NCBI GenBank assembly: GCA_963787835.1
Contig: CAWBEI010000002.1
Coordinates: forward strand, 1 to 64,000
DNA: 64,000 nucleotides
Direction: 5' to 3'
Source: Ignavibacteriota bacterium
Lineage (GTDB): Bacteria; Bacteroidota; Ignavibacteria; Palsa-1295
Every line of letters begins with the position of its first letter. Positions within the stretch are counted from its first letter, which is position 1. This document shows positions 31,384 to 41,260 of the stretch, one piece after another. The notes beneath the pieces were generated by a model. The model had not been told where the DNA came from. It did not search any database and worked only from the letters and a program-made list of their open reading frames with translations. A program made the translations under genes and the position numbers.

Positions 31384-32034
31384 ATGGAAAACACTCCTTC
31401 GACCCAACCACCCTTTCGTCCGGAGGACGAACTTCAGTTCATTCGCAAGATCATCGCCGATAGCCGCATGGCCTTCGTCGAGGATGGCAAACCCTATATC
31501 GTATGGGGACTTATCGTCGCCATTGGCATGGGTGTCACCTACATTTCAGCTATTACACAACACGATCTCTATTCAGGCTACGTCTGGCTCGGCCTCGTCC
31601 TTTTCGGCTGGGGCACTATCATCAAGTATGTTATGGATAAAAAGAAACAGCCTGCGAGGGCGCGAAGCTTCATCGACAGAATTCAGGGATCGATCTGGGG
31701 CGCGTGCGGAGGTTCCATTGGTCTTGTCATCGTGCTATTAATGTTCAACTATCAGTTCGATCCAACGCTCGGTTCAATCAACCCTATCTTTACCTGTTTT
31801 TTCAGCTGCATTCTTCTGGGAATAGCCTACTTCCTATCCGGCATAGCCAACGATCTGGATTGGTTGCGCAACATTGGTTTTGCCTGGTGGGGCGGCGGAG
31901 TCCTGATGTATATGTGGCCTTCGATCCATACGCTTGGCATCTATGCCGCGATGCTTCTCCTGTTTCAGGTAATACCCGGCATTATTCTGCAACGGCGCTA
32001 CAAGAAGCTCATGGCCATTCCAGCGGGAGCTTGA
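31384..32034 (+). CDS. Integral membrane protein (~6 TM)
   Basis: EDELQFIRKII..SR N-terminus followed by hydrophobic helices. Confidence 0.8.
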   Translation: MENTPSTQPPFRPEDELQFIRKIIADSRMAFVEDGKPYIVWGLIVAIGMGVTYISAITQHDLYSGYVWLGLVLFGWGTIIKYVMDKKKQPARARSFIDRIQGSIWGACGGSIGLVIVLLMFNYQFDPTLGSINPIFTCFFSCILLGIAYFLSGIANDLDWLRNIGFAWWGGGVLMYMWPSIHTLGIYAAMLLLFQVIPGIILQRRYKKLMAIPAGA

Positions 32035-32038
32035 GAGC

Positions 32039-32335
32039 ATGACCGATTTCGATTATCAGCAGCTTGATGAGCTGATTCATTCCCGCATTCGGCTTGCGAT
32101 CATGGCCGTGCTCGTTTCCGTGGATGAGGCGGAGTTTACTTTCCTCCGCGAGAAAGTAGGTGCAACCGACGGAAACCTTAGCATCCATCTGAAAAAACTG
32201 GAAGAGGCCGGATATATCTCTGTCACGAAGCAATTCGTGGAAAAAAAACCTGTATCGCGCTACAAACTTAGCAAGAAAGGCAGAAAAGCCTTCGAAACCT
32301 ATATTGACAAGCTCGAAGCGATGGTTCAGCGCTGA
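32039..32335 (+). CDS. Winged-helix transcriptional regulator (HTH_34/ArsR-like)
   Basis: LDELIHSRIRLAIM...TDGNLSIHLKKLEEAGYI. Confidence 0.92.
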   Translation: MTDFDYQQLDELIHSRIRLAIMAVLVSVDEAEFTFLREKVGATDGNLSIHLKKLEEAGYISVTKQFVEKKPVSRYKLSKKGRKAFETYIDKLEAMVQR

Positions 32336-32370
32336 TCTATTTTACTTTCTAAATATACATCCTAAACATT

Positions 32371-33054
32371 ATGGATATTGCACATCAAATTTTTCGGGCC
32401 ATTCACATCGGCGCCGGGATTACTGGATTTTTTGTCGCGCCCATCGCAATGTTCACCCAAAAAGGCGGGAAGCAGCATCGCCGCTGGGGAAAAATATACT
32501 ATTGGGCCATGATCGTCACCACAGTTCTCTCGATCTTCCTTGCAGCCGCAAATAGCAACGCATTCCTCTTCGGTATCGGCGTATTCAGCTTTCAGATGAC
32601 ATTCCAGGGAAGACGCGTGCTGCTTCGAAAACGTCCTGACCGAGGACAGCTCCCAACGCCGATCGATTGGATCATTTCTGTGCTTTCGTTTCTGGCTGGG
32701 GTATCACTCATCGTCAATGGTGTGTGGAATCAGCATCTCCTTGCGGTCATTTTCGGAGCGATATTTACAGTGGTGATGGCTGCAGACCTACGAAAGCTTT
32801 TTCGCCCACCGTTGGAAAAGGCCGCCTGGTTCTTTGGTCATATCAGAGGAATGACAGTTAGTTATATCACCGCGCTCACGGCGTTTAGCGTCTCCAACCT
32901 AAATTTTCTTCCATTGCTGGTACGGTGGCTTTGGCCTACGATCATCATCGTTCCGATCCTTTCCATCGTGATCGCTAAATACAAACGCAAGTTCGCACGC
33001 GGAGCTGAACCAAAGGATGTCGCCCAGATCGAGCTTGCGATAGTAGCTGATTAA
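32371..33054 (+). CDS. DUF2306-like membrane protein
   Basis: IHIGAG, KGGKQHRRWGKIY, HIRGM..SYITALTAF. Confidence 0.8.
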   Translation: MDIAHQIFRAIHIGAGITGFFVAPIAMFTQKGGKQHRRWGKIYYWAMIVTTVLSIFLAAANSNAFLFGIGVFSFQMTFQGRRVLLRKRPDRGQLPTPIDWIISVLSFLAGVSLIVNGVWNQHLLAVIFGAIFTVVMAADLRKLFRPPLEKAAWFFGHIRGMTVSYITALTAFSVSNLNFLPLLVRWLWPTIIIVPILSIVIAKYKRKFARGAEPKDVAQIELAIVAD

Positions 33055-33184
33055 ATTAGCACAAAACTTCGCTCCTCCGGCAACGTGGGATCGGCACGAT
33101 GGATCGGCAAAAACGAGAATTGAAAAATGTTGCAATAATTCTTAAAAAATTGGGTTTAATACGGTGTGCAAACTCTTTTAGCTT

Positions 33185-35203
33185 ATGGTTCATCAATTCA
33201 AACTCTCGTCAGGGATCATTGCTGCGTTCCTATTTAGTATTTTCTCGGTTGTAGCAGTTAGTAGCACGCAGGCACAGATCTCGAAGCCAGTCATTGAATA
33301 TAATTTCCCAATGGATGGCTCGAAGTATGTTCCAGGCAATACTCCGATCATTTTCCGGCCCTCCGTTCCTGTAAGTATTCTTGGTGCCGCAAAAAATCTT
33401 GTGGTGACCGGTACCCTGACAGGCCGGCACCAAGGATGTATGGTCCTTTCTGATGATAATAGAACCATCATCTTTACACCCACCGATCCATTTGAAAGCG
33501 GGGATCATGTGACTGTAACATTGGGAACGGGAATCCAGACGACCATTGGATCGGAGCTTAGTCCAATATCTTTTTCATTTGATGTTCAGGATAACGAACC
33601 AGTCGAGCAAAGTCCTTTTTTGAGTGATCCTTTACCTCCAGCCAAACCACAACATGCTTTCCAAACGGACTCGACATTGCCCGCCGATTTCCCTGTTCTG
33701 CCGGATAGCATTAATAACAATCCTTCACCGGGCTATCTATTCCTTTCAACGTTCAAATATATTGCACTCTCGCAGGATACAGGGACTTCCGGAGCTTATC
33801 GGATGGTACTGGATAAGAATGGCAGCCCCGTCTATTATCAACATGCGGCTGACTCGATCGATTTTGATTTTCAGCCGCAGCCAAACGGCCTTATGACCTA
33901 TTTCGAGCTGCCAAGAAATAAATGGTTTGCGATGGATTCTACTTACAAGATCGTGGATAGTTTCTGGACCCAACCGCCTTATACCACCGACCTTCACGAC
34001 CTGGAATTGCTAACGCATGGCCATGCACTGATGCTCTCTTACTATCCGATCAAGCCATACAACCTGGCGCCTTATGGCGGGAGCGACACAGCAACCTTTA
34101 TTGGCTGCGTTATCGAGGAAACCGACTCCCTAAAACAGCCGGTCTGGATCTGGCGCTCCTGGGATCCCGGCCATTTCCTCGACACCGACGCCACCGAGGA
34201 TCCTATCACGGAGAAGCCCTACAATGGTGTTCAAGCCAATTCCATCCAGGTCGATACAGATGGAAATATCCTGCTTTCCTCGCGTGAACTGGATGAAGCA
34301 ACAAAGATCAGCCGTAAGGATGGACATCTTATCTGGCGTCTGGGTGGGAAGCATAACCAGTTTACATTCATTAATGACACTATTCGCTTCTCACACCAAA
34401 ATGCTGTGCGCCGGATTGCGAATGGGCATATCACGCTCTTCGACAACGGGAATTTTAACCATATCGCCATATCCTACGACACCATATCATTCCCGGCCGA
34501 TACCCAGATCATCGTAAGCCCTCCGGACACGATCATTACCCCGGCTTATACCCAAATAGATACAAATATCAACCCGGCCTTCGCGCGCGCCTGCGAATAC
34601 AATGTCGATACGGCTACAATGACAGCAACGCTCGTATGGCATTACGATCATGATTCAACGATCGCAAGCCAGGCAATGGGGTATGTGCAGCGGCTTCCGG
34701 ATGGGAACACCCTCATTAGCTGGGGAATGTATAATGGAGCCGGGGGCGCTTTCGCTCATCCCGCCGTCACGGAGGTAACCCCTGACAAAAAGAAGACTTT
34801 CGAAATGTACGTCATCGACCCCACGGCGATCTATCGCGCATTTAAATTCCCTTCGCCGAATTACGACACAGGTTTTGTGGCTGGGGCTTCACCATATATA
34901 CTGTTGAACGATGGAGTTGTTGCGGAAAACTCGATATCGAACGCGCCATTCCTCGGCTCACCCTATCCCAATCCATCCAATGGAAGCTCGATGGTTGGCA
35001 TCAGCGCAACCCTTTCGGATCGGCTGGAACTCAGCCTGTACGATCCGTTGGGCCGCTTGGTACGTAACTATTTTTCCGGCTTTGTTACTTCTCCTTCGTT
35101 CTCGCTTGAATTACTTACCAACGATCTCCCCAATGGCGCCTACGACCTTGTGCTTCGTGGCGATGGCGGCACTGTAAACCGCCAGCTCGTCATTTTGCGA
35201 TAA
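33185..35203 (+). CDS. Aryl-sulfate sulfotransferase-like protein (Ig-like N-terminus, T9SS CTD) with catalytic His residues substituted
   Basis: DLHDL, VQANS, LSSR, WRLGG, SHQNA, TLFDNG, VQRLPDGNTLI; PYPNP CTD. Confidence 0.85.
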   Translation: MVHQFKLSSGIIAAFLFSIFSVVAVSSTQAQISKPVIEYNFPMDGSKYVPGNTPIIFRPSVPVSILGAAKNLVVTGTLTGRHQGCMVLSDDNRTIIFTPTDPFESGDHVTVTLGTGIQTTIGSELSPISFSFDVQDNEPVEQSPFLSDPLPPAKPQHAFQTDSTLPADFPVLPDSINNNPSPGYLFLSTFKYIALSQDTGTSGAYRMVLDKNGSPVYYQHAADSIDFDFQPQPNGLMTYFELPRNKWFAMDSTYKIVDSFWTQPPYTTDLHDLELLTHGHALMLSYYPIKPYNLAPYGGSDTATFIGCVIEETDSLKQPVWIWRSWDPGHFLDTDATEDPITEKPYNGVQANSIQVDTDGNILLSSRELDEATKISRKDGHLIWRLGGKHNQFTFINDTIRFSHQNAVRRIANGHITLFDNGNFNHIAISYDTISFPADTQIIVSPPDTIITPAYTQIDTNINPAFARACEYNVDTATMTATLVWHYDHDSTIASQAMGYVQRLPDGNTLISWGMYNGAGGAFAHPAVTEVTPDKKKTFEMYVIDPTAIYRAFKFPSPNYDTGFVAGASPYILLNDGVVAENSISNAPFLGSPYPNPSNGSSMVGISATLSDRLELSLYDPLGRLVRNYFSGFVTSPSFSLELLTNDLPNGAYDLVLRGDGGTVNRQLVILR

Positions 35204-35249
35204 TTCGTAGCCACCACTCTTGAACGGTTATATCATTGATTCATTGCTT

Positions 35250-37211
35250 ATGCTTCCTTTTTACAAATCTTATCGATTGCTGGTTTTCTTCCTTTTGATC
35301 CTGACTTCACCGATCTATACCAATGGCTCATTCGCACAATCTCGTGTATCTATTGAGTACCATTTCCCGATGGATGGGTCTAAGTATGTGCCGCCTGACT
35401 CCAAGATCATCATTCGGCCATCCGGAACCGTTGATGCTGGAAGCGCGACAGCCTCATCGATCATCGTTACAGGTTCGAGCTCCGGTGTGCATCCTGTCAC
35501 GGCGTTGGTATCCGATGACCATCGCACCATTATCTTTAGCCCGAGTTCTCCATTCGACTTAGGCGAAATGGTGAATGTTCAGTTGCAGAACAGCCTGAGA
35601 TTGACGGACGGGTCTTCCCTACCTCCAATCTCATTTTCGTTTGAAGTCTCTCCTACGGAGCCAGACTCGACCGATGAAGAAATTCCGTTCAATGCTCATC
35701 CGGGAAATTTAAGCCTTGATGCGCCTCTTTCCCTTCCCGCCGATTTCCCCAAAATAGAAGTGGTCGCAAAGAACGATCCAGCTCCGGGTGATATTTTTCT
35801 TACGACCTATAATTTCTTTAGCGGCGGAAGTTTGGGGGCCTATCGAATGATCCTTGATTCACTGGCAAATCCGGTCTATTATGCCAAACCGTCTCGTTTT
35901 CTTGACTGGGACTTTAAACTTCTGCCCAATAAACAATTCGCGTTCTGTCAAGGAGGCTACAGTTCCAATTACCTGATGGCTACCGGTTCCAAATACTACA
36001 TCATGGATTCCAATTATGTCGTTCGCGACAGTTTTGACTCCTACACTGCAAATACACCCTACACAACAGATTTTCACGACCTCGAACTGCTCCCGAACGG
36101 TCACGCGTTGATGCTCGGGCTTGCTCCTTTACCCGGTATCAATATGAGTAAATATGTGAAAAATGGAAAAACAAACGCAACTGTTATGGGAGCGGTCATT
36201 GAAGAGCTCGACTTAACAAAAACTCCCATCTGGATCTGGAGAACATGGGATCCCGGACATTTCCTCGACACCGACGCGACGAACGATAACTTTTTAGAAG
36301 ATACTGTGGATGCCGTTCATGCCAACGCCATCCAGGTCGATACCGATGGCAACGTCCTTCTTTCCTCTCGAAGTATGGACGAGATCACCAAGATCAATCG
36401 ATTCGACACTGGGTCGATCATCTGGAGATTTGGCGGCAAACACAATCAATTCACCTTCATCAATGACTCGATGCACTTCTCGCATCAACATGCTATTCGG
36501 CGCATCGCCAATGGGCATCTGACGCTTTACGATAATGGGAACTATGGACATATCGTAACACGGAACGACACCACGATCGACAGCTCGGTCTCACCACCGG
36601 ACACGAGCATTTCCCCTTTCCAGACGCCATTTGCCCGCGCGTGCGAATATGACCTAAATGTTGAGAATGAGACCGCTACGCTGGTCTGGCATTATGACCA
36701 CGATTCGGGCGTTGCGAGTCAGGCGATGGGATATGTTCAACGATTGGATAATGGGAACACGTTAATTAACTGGGGCTTGAATTTCAATGGCTCTGCCCTT
36801 GTCGATCAGCCAGCCGTGACCGAGGTTCGCCCCAACGGAACTATTGTCTATGAACTGCACGTCGACATTCCGTATCTTGTCTATCGGGCGGAAAAATTCG
36901 TTCTGCCTGCCTCCTCGAGCGCTGTGAATTCGACGACTCTGACTAATACCAGCCTCGTGCTCGGCGAGCCATTTCCGAACCCGGCCAATGGCAGTTCTCG
37001 CGTTGTGGTGAGCGCACCGGCTTCCGAGCAAGTTGCGCTTGAACTCTATGATCCCATTGGCCGCAAGGTCCGCGAATATTTTGCGGGACCGCTCGGAATG
37101 CCTATCAGCGCCCTCGAACTCGAAACTGGAGATCTGCCGAATGGCGCATACACGCTCGTTCTCCGTGGCGAGGACGCAACTGTTAGCCGGCAATTGGTCA
37201 TCCTGCGATAG
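35250..37211 (+). CDS. Aryl-sulfate sulfotransferase (Ig-like N-terminus, T9SS CTD)
   Basis: DFHDL, VHANA, LSSR, WRFGG, SHQHA, TLYDNG, VQRLDNGNTLI; PFPNP CTD. Confidence 0.88.
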   Translation: MLPFYKSYRLLVFFLLILTSPIYTNGSFAQSRVSIEYHFPMDGSKYVPPDSKIIIRPSGTVDAGSATASSIIVTGSSSGVHPVTALVSDDHRTIIFSPSSPFDLGEMVNVQLQNSLRLTDGSSLPPISFSFEVSPTEPDSTDEEIPFNAHPGNLSLDAPLSLPADFPKIEVVAKNDPAPGDIFLTTYNFFSGGSLGAYRMILDSLANPVYYAKPSRFLDWDFKLLPNKQFAFCQGGYSSNYLMATGSKYYIMDSNYVVRDSFDSYTANTPYTTDFHDLELLPNGHALMLGLAPLPGINMSKYVKNGKTNATVMGAVIEELDLTKTPIWIWRTWDPGHFLDTDATNDNFLEDTVDAVHANAIQVDTDGNVLLSSRSMDEITKINRFDTGSIIWRFGGKHNQFTFINDSMHFSHQHAIRRIANGHLTLYDNGNYGHIVTRNDTTIDSSVSPPDTSISPFQTPFARACEYDLNVENETATLVWHYDHDSGVASQAMGYVQRLDNGNTLINWGLNFNGSALVDQPAVTEVRPNGTIVYELHVDIPYLVYRAEKFVLPASSSAVNSTTLTNTSLVLGEPFPNPANGSSRVVVSAPASEQVALELYDPIGRKVREYFAGPLGMPISALELETGDLPNGAYTLVLRGEDATVSRQLVILR

Positions 37212-37239
37212 GTTTAAACCTACTTTTCCAGATTTGCAT

Positions 37240-37264
37240 AATGGGGAGTTCAGAACTCCCCATT
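37240..37264 (+). terminator. Stem-loop after the sulfotransferase pair
   Basis: aatggggagttc-a-gaactccccatt. Confidence 0.55.
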
Positions 37265-37336
37265 TGCGTTTAGTCCGTGGACGGTCGCAAACTAAAGTTT
37301 GCGCTACATATCATTATTCATATTTTCCCCCACTCC

Positions 37337-39775
37337 GTGGATCTATTTCAAAAATGTTACGACTTCACCCGCGCCGATGAAGTAAAAGAAGCTGGATATT
37401 ATCCCTATTTCAGAGCCATTGAAGAGAACGAAGGCCCGGTCGTCCAGATCGAAGGCCGCAAGGTCATTATGGCCGGCTCCAATAATTATCTCGGGCTGAC
37501 GGCCGATCCGCGCGTCAAGGAAGCGGCCATCAAAGCCATCGAGCGCTATGGGACGGGTTGCTCTGGTTCGCGTTACCTCACTGGGACGGTCCGTTTGCAC
37601 GAAGAACTCGAGCATGAGATGGCTGATTATTTCCAAAAAGAGGCATGCCTGCTATTCTCGACCGGATACCAGACTGCCCAAGGGGTTATCCCGACGCTCT
37701 GCCAGCGAGGCGAGTATGTTATCAGCGATAAAGACAACCATGCGTGCATCGTTGCTGGAAACCTGATGGCGAGAGGCATGTATGGCGAAGTGGTTCGGTA
37801 CAATCACAATGATATGGGTGATCTTGAACGCCGCATTTCCAAGCTCCCGGTCGATGCACCGAAGCTCATCGTAAGCGATGGCGTTTTTTCGACCTCCGGT
37901 GAAATTGTTGACTTGCCACGCATGGTCGAGCTTGCAAAAATGTACAATGCCCGGATCATGGTTGATGACGCACATGCGGTCGGCGTCATCGGTGAAGGCG
38001 GACGCGGCACGGCAAGCTATTTCAATCTCGTCAAAGAGACGGACATGACGATGGGAACATTTTCTAAGACGTTCGCAAGTCTTGGCGGTTTCGTCGTTGG
38101 CGAGGAGCGCGTCATCAACTACATCAAGCACCAGGCTTCCGCACTGATCTTTTCCGCCAGTCCGACACCAGCCTCCGTTGCTGCGGCGCTGATGTCACTC
38201 AAAATTCTTCGCGAAGAACCGGAGCGCATCCAGCATTTGATCGACAATGCCGATTACATGCGCCGCGAGTTCAAGGCGATGGGGTTCAAGGTTATCGAGT
38301 CAAAAACAGGGATCGTTCCTGTTATTGTTGGCGATGACATCAAGACGCTCGTCTTCTGGCGAAAGCTCTTCGATGCCGGTGTGTTCGTGAATGCGTTCGT
38401 TGTGCCGGGCGTGATGCAGGGTATGCAGATGATGCGTACCAGCTTCATGGCAACCCATGAAAAGCATCATCTGGACAGGATCTTAGAACTTTTTAAAGAA
38501 ATTGGAGAAGAATTGGGCGTTTTAGACGAGGACGAGGCACCGGAGTCTAAAATCTCCACTACGTCCAAACCGTCAGCTCCGTCCACAACGACAGTTCACA
38601 TTCGCAAAGTGGAGAACCGCAAGGACAAACTCCGTTTCGTCCGGCTTCCATGGAATCTTTATGAAAATGAAAAGAATTGGGTTCCACCACTCGAAATGGA
38701 TCGCATGCGGCTTATCGACGAAGTCAAAAATCCATTTTACAAGCATGCGACCCATCAACTGTTTCTGGCTGAAGATAATAGCGGCAAGGTCATCGGTCGA
38801 ATAGCGGCTATTATCAATCACCGGCATAACGAACTCTATGCCGCAGAGCAAGGCATGACGGGCTTTGTGGGATTTTTCGATTGTATTGACGATCAATCGG
38901 TAGCCAATGCCCTCTTTTTAGCGGCTGAGGATTTCCTCCGGTCGCACGGGATGAAGCATGTACGCGGGCCGGTCAGTCCATCCATTAATGATGAGGTTGG
39001 TTTGCTTGTGGAAGGATTCCAATACCCTCCTGCCGTGATGATGCCGTATCATCCTGCCTATTACAAAAAGCTTTGGGAAAATGCGGGGTATGGAAAAGTG
39101 CAAGATCTCCTTGCATGGCGTATCACAGAGACGAAATCGCTCTCGCCGAAGATCGAGCGCGTGACGAATATCTTGCGCGAGCGATCGAAGGTAAAGATCC
39201 GCTCGCTCGATATGAAAAAATACGATGCGGAGGTGAATCTGATTCGTGACCTCTATTCACGCGGATGGGAAGAGAATTGGGGAGCCGTTCCGCTGGACAA
39301 CGGAGAGATCACGATGCTGGCCGATGAACTGCGGCAGATCATCGATCCTGATTTTGTCCTGTTCGCGGAAGCCCCCGATGCAAATGGCAAAATGCAGACC
39401 ATCGGATTTTCGCTGTGCATTCCGGACATCAATCAGGCATTCCTTGCCGGAAAGCCGATCCCGAAGGGTGCGATGAATCTGCCTACGGCCATCTCAAATC
39501 TCATGACAAAAAAGAAAGCGATCGATAATCTCCGAATTGTATTGCTTGGCGTGATGCCCGAATATCGCGGGCGTGCTGTCGATGCGTTGCTCTATCGCGA
39601 GATCATGGAACGGGCCAAGAAAAAGGGAATCAAATTTGGCGAAGCATCGTGGGTTCTGGAAGATAACATGATGATGTCCCGCGCGGCCGAAGTGATGAAC
39701 GGCGAGCCCTACAAACGGTATCGCGTGTTCGAGAAACCGCTCTATCAGGGCGATGAGCGGGTCGGGCCAGTGTAA
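37337..39775 (+). CDS. Serine palmitoyltransferase-like alpha-oxoamine synthase fused to a bacterial ceramide-synthase-like GNAT domain
   Basis: N-half: [38 protein letters not shown]-rich linker. C-half: [44 protein letters not shown] start at 37337 is inferred. Confidence 0.85.
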   Translation: MDLFQKCYDFTRADEVKEAGYYPYFRAIEENEGPVVQIEGRKVIMAGSNNYLGLTADPRVKEAAIKAIERYGTGCSGSRYLTGTVRLHEELEHEMADYFQKEACLLFSTGYQTAQGVIPTLCQRGEYVISDKDNHACIVAGNLMARGMYGEVVRYNHNDMGDLERRISKLPVDAPKLIVSDGVFSTSGEIVDLPRMVELAKMYNARIMVDDAHAVGVIGEGGRGTASYFNLVKETDMTMGTFSKTFASLGGFVVGEERVINYIKHQASALIFSASPTPASVAAALMSLKILREEPERIQHLIDNADYMRREFKAMGFKVIESKTGIVPVIVGDDIKTLVFWRKLFDAGVFVNAFVVPGVMQGMQMMRTSFMATHEKHHLDRILELFKEIGEELGVLDEDEAPESKISTTSKPSAPSTTTVHIRKVENRKDKLRFVRLPWNLYENEKNWVPPLEMDRMRLIDEVKNPFYKHATHQLFLAEDNSGKVIGRIAAIINHRHNELYAAEQGMTGFVGFFDCIDDQSVANALFLAAEDFLRSHGMKHVRGPVSPSINDEVGLLVEGFQYPPAVMMPYHPAYYKKLWENAGYGKVQDLLAWRITETKSLSPKIERVTNILRERSKVKIRSLDMKKYDAEVNLIRDLYSRGWEENWGAVPLDNGEITMLADELRQIIDPDFVLFAEAPDANGKMQTIGFSLCIPDINQAFLAGKPIPKGAMNLPTAISNLMTKKKAIDNLRIVLLGVMPEYRGRAVDALLYREIMERAKKKGIKFGEASWVLEDNMMMSRAAEVMNGEPYKRYRVFEKPLYQGDERVGPV

Positions 39776-39782
39776 GGAACGG

Positions 39783-41144
39783 TTACCGAGAGATCACAAG
39801 CTTTTGCGTGGCTGTCGTGCCATCGGCTGTGAGTCGAACGAAATACGTTCCAGGCTCGAATGCGAGAGGATCGAGCGTCAGTACATTCTCACCGGGCAGT
39901 GCCGGACCATTCTGAAAAACGCGAATGGTTCGGCCTAATTCGTCCAGTATCGACACCTGCACGGGACCAGCAGTGCTCATCGTGTAGGTGATCTTTACTA
40001 CCGAGCCAGAAGCAGGGTTCCCAATTACTGTGAGGTCAAACCCAGCATTGACGTTCGGTAGTGTAACCAATGAAGGAGCAAAATCCGAAAGCTTCCGGAC
40101 CCATACTCCATTGGCATAAGTGCCGACTACCAGATTCGGGCCTGACGTATCCATGGAAATAATGTAACCGGCATCACCGTTAGAGGGTGGAAACCCGTCA
40201 TTGTTTGGAGCCCAGTTCACGCCATTATCGGATGAAACATAGACGCTGCTATCGGCCGCAACAAATAAATTTTGACCGTTCGATACAAAGCCAAGCACGT
40301 TATTCCAATTTTGAGCTTGATCATTTGCTTTAATCCAGCTTTGTCCTTCGTTTGTCGTGTAATAAACTTCTGAATGGATCAGGTCGGTATCAGGGATAAT
40401 AGCAAAAAGAGTTGACCCCTTGATCGCAAATTTAGCAACCGTCGTTCCATCGAAATAGCTCGTTGGTAACCCACTATCGATGGGAGACCATGATCCCCCT
40501 TCATTGGTCGAACGATAGGCGCCACCATCCCTTGTTCCAGCAAAAAAATTGGAGCCGGAAACTAGAAGCGAAACTACAGATGCAGGGCTGAAATCTCCAT
40601 CCGGCACTTCGCCGATGGTATCGGGCATCCAGTCAGCTCCCGGCCCAACTTGCTGAAACACACCTGAACCCGTGGCAGCGAAGATTGTGTCGCCGATCGT
40701 CGTCAACACCCCTATACTAAAACGTGATAGAATCGGGTTGGGAAAGTCGTTAATATTCATCTCCCACGTATGCCCAGCATCCGTACTGAAGTAAGATCCT
40801 CCAGAAGAATTAGAACCGACAACTAAATCCGTTCCCGCTGCAGCCATGGATGTAATAACCAAGGGCACCGTGTCGCCAAGAACAAAACTCCAGCTCTTGC
40901 CATGGTCGGTAGAGGTGAAAATCGAATCTGGTTCTTGGGAGCCTACCCCTGCAATCATGTTGTTCCCAAAGACTGCAAGACTCCCAATGAATGAATTCCC
41001 GATCCCGCTGGCCTGCGTCCATTGTTGTGCGCCGGCTGTGGGGAGAAAGATAACCAAACAAATCGCGCATAATACGATAACAAGCGATCCGCCTTCTTTC
41101 AGAAAAAGCAATATTGAGACAATAGAATTGTGTCTCATTCCCAC
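39783..41144 (-). CDS. T9SS-sorted BNR/Asp-box beta-propeller protein
   Basis: STDHGKSW, STDAGHTW, STNEGGSW, SSDNGVNW; GVWVRKLS; CTD ending QKLVISR. Confidence 0.85.
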   Translation of the reverse strand: MGMRHNSIVSILLFLKEGGSLVIVLCAICLVIFLPTAGAQQWTQASGIGNSFIGSLAVFGNNMIAGVGSQEPDSIFTSTDHGKSWSFVLGDTVPLVITSMAAAGTDLVVGSNSSGGSYFSTDAGHTWEMNINDFPNPILSRFSIGVLTTIGDTIFAATGSGVFQQVGPGADWMPDTIGEVPDGDFSPASVVSLLVSGSNFFAGTRDGGAYRSTNEGGSWSPIDSGLPTSYFDGTTVAKFAIKGSTLFAIIPDTDLIHSEVYYTTNEGQSWIKANDQAQNWNNVLGFVSNGQNLFVAADSSVYVSSDNGVNWAPNNDGFPPSNGDAGYIISMDTSGPNLVVGTYANGVWVRKLSDFAPSLVTLPNVNAGFDLTVIGNPASGSVVKITYTMSTAGPVQVSILDELGRTIRVFQNGPALPGENVLTLDPLAFEPGTYFVRLTADGTTATQKLVISR

Positions 41145-41260
41145 ATTTTTAGATTAATGACATATACCCCGACCCTCGTTCTCTGACCCCACAAAGAACG
41201 AACGGTCAGCTTCTGCTTAATTGAAACGAGGAAGAACCACAATGATTCCGAATCGCGAAA

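Noticed and set aside
37337-38520. BioF or Kbl assignment for the PLP domain
   Set aside because: YPYFR/GTGCxGSR/GTFSK signatures and fusion to a CerS-like domain favour SPT, and no bio or tdh genes are nearby. Not excluded without a phylogeny.
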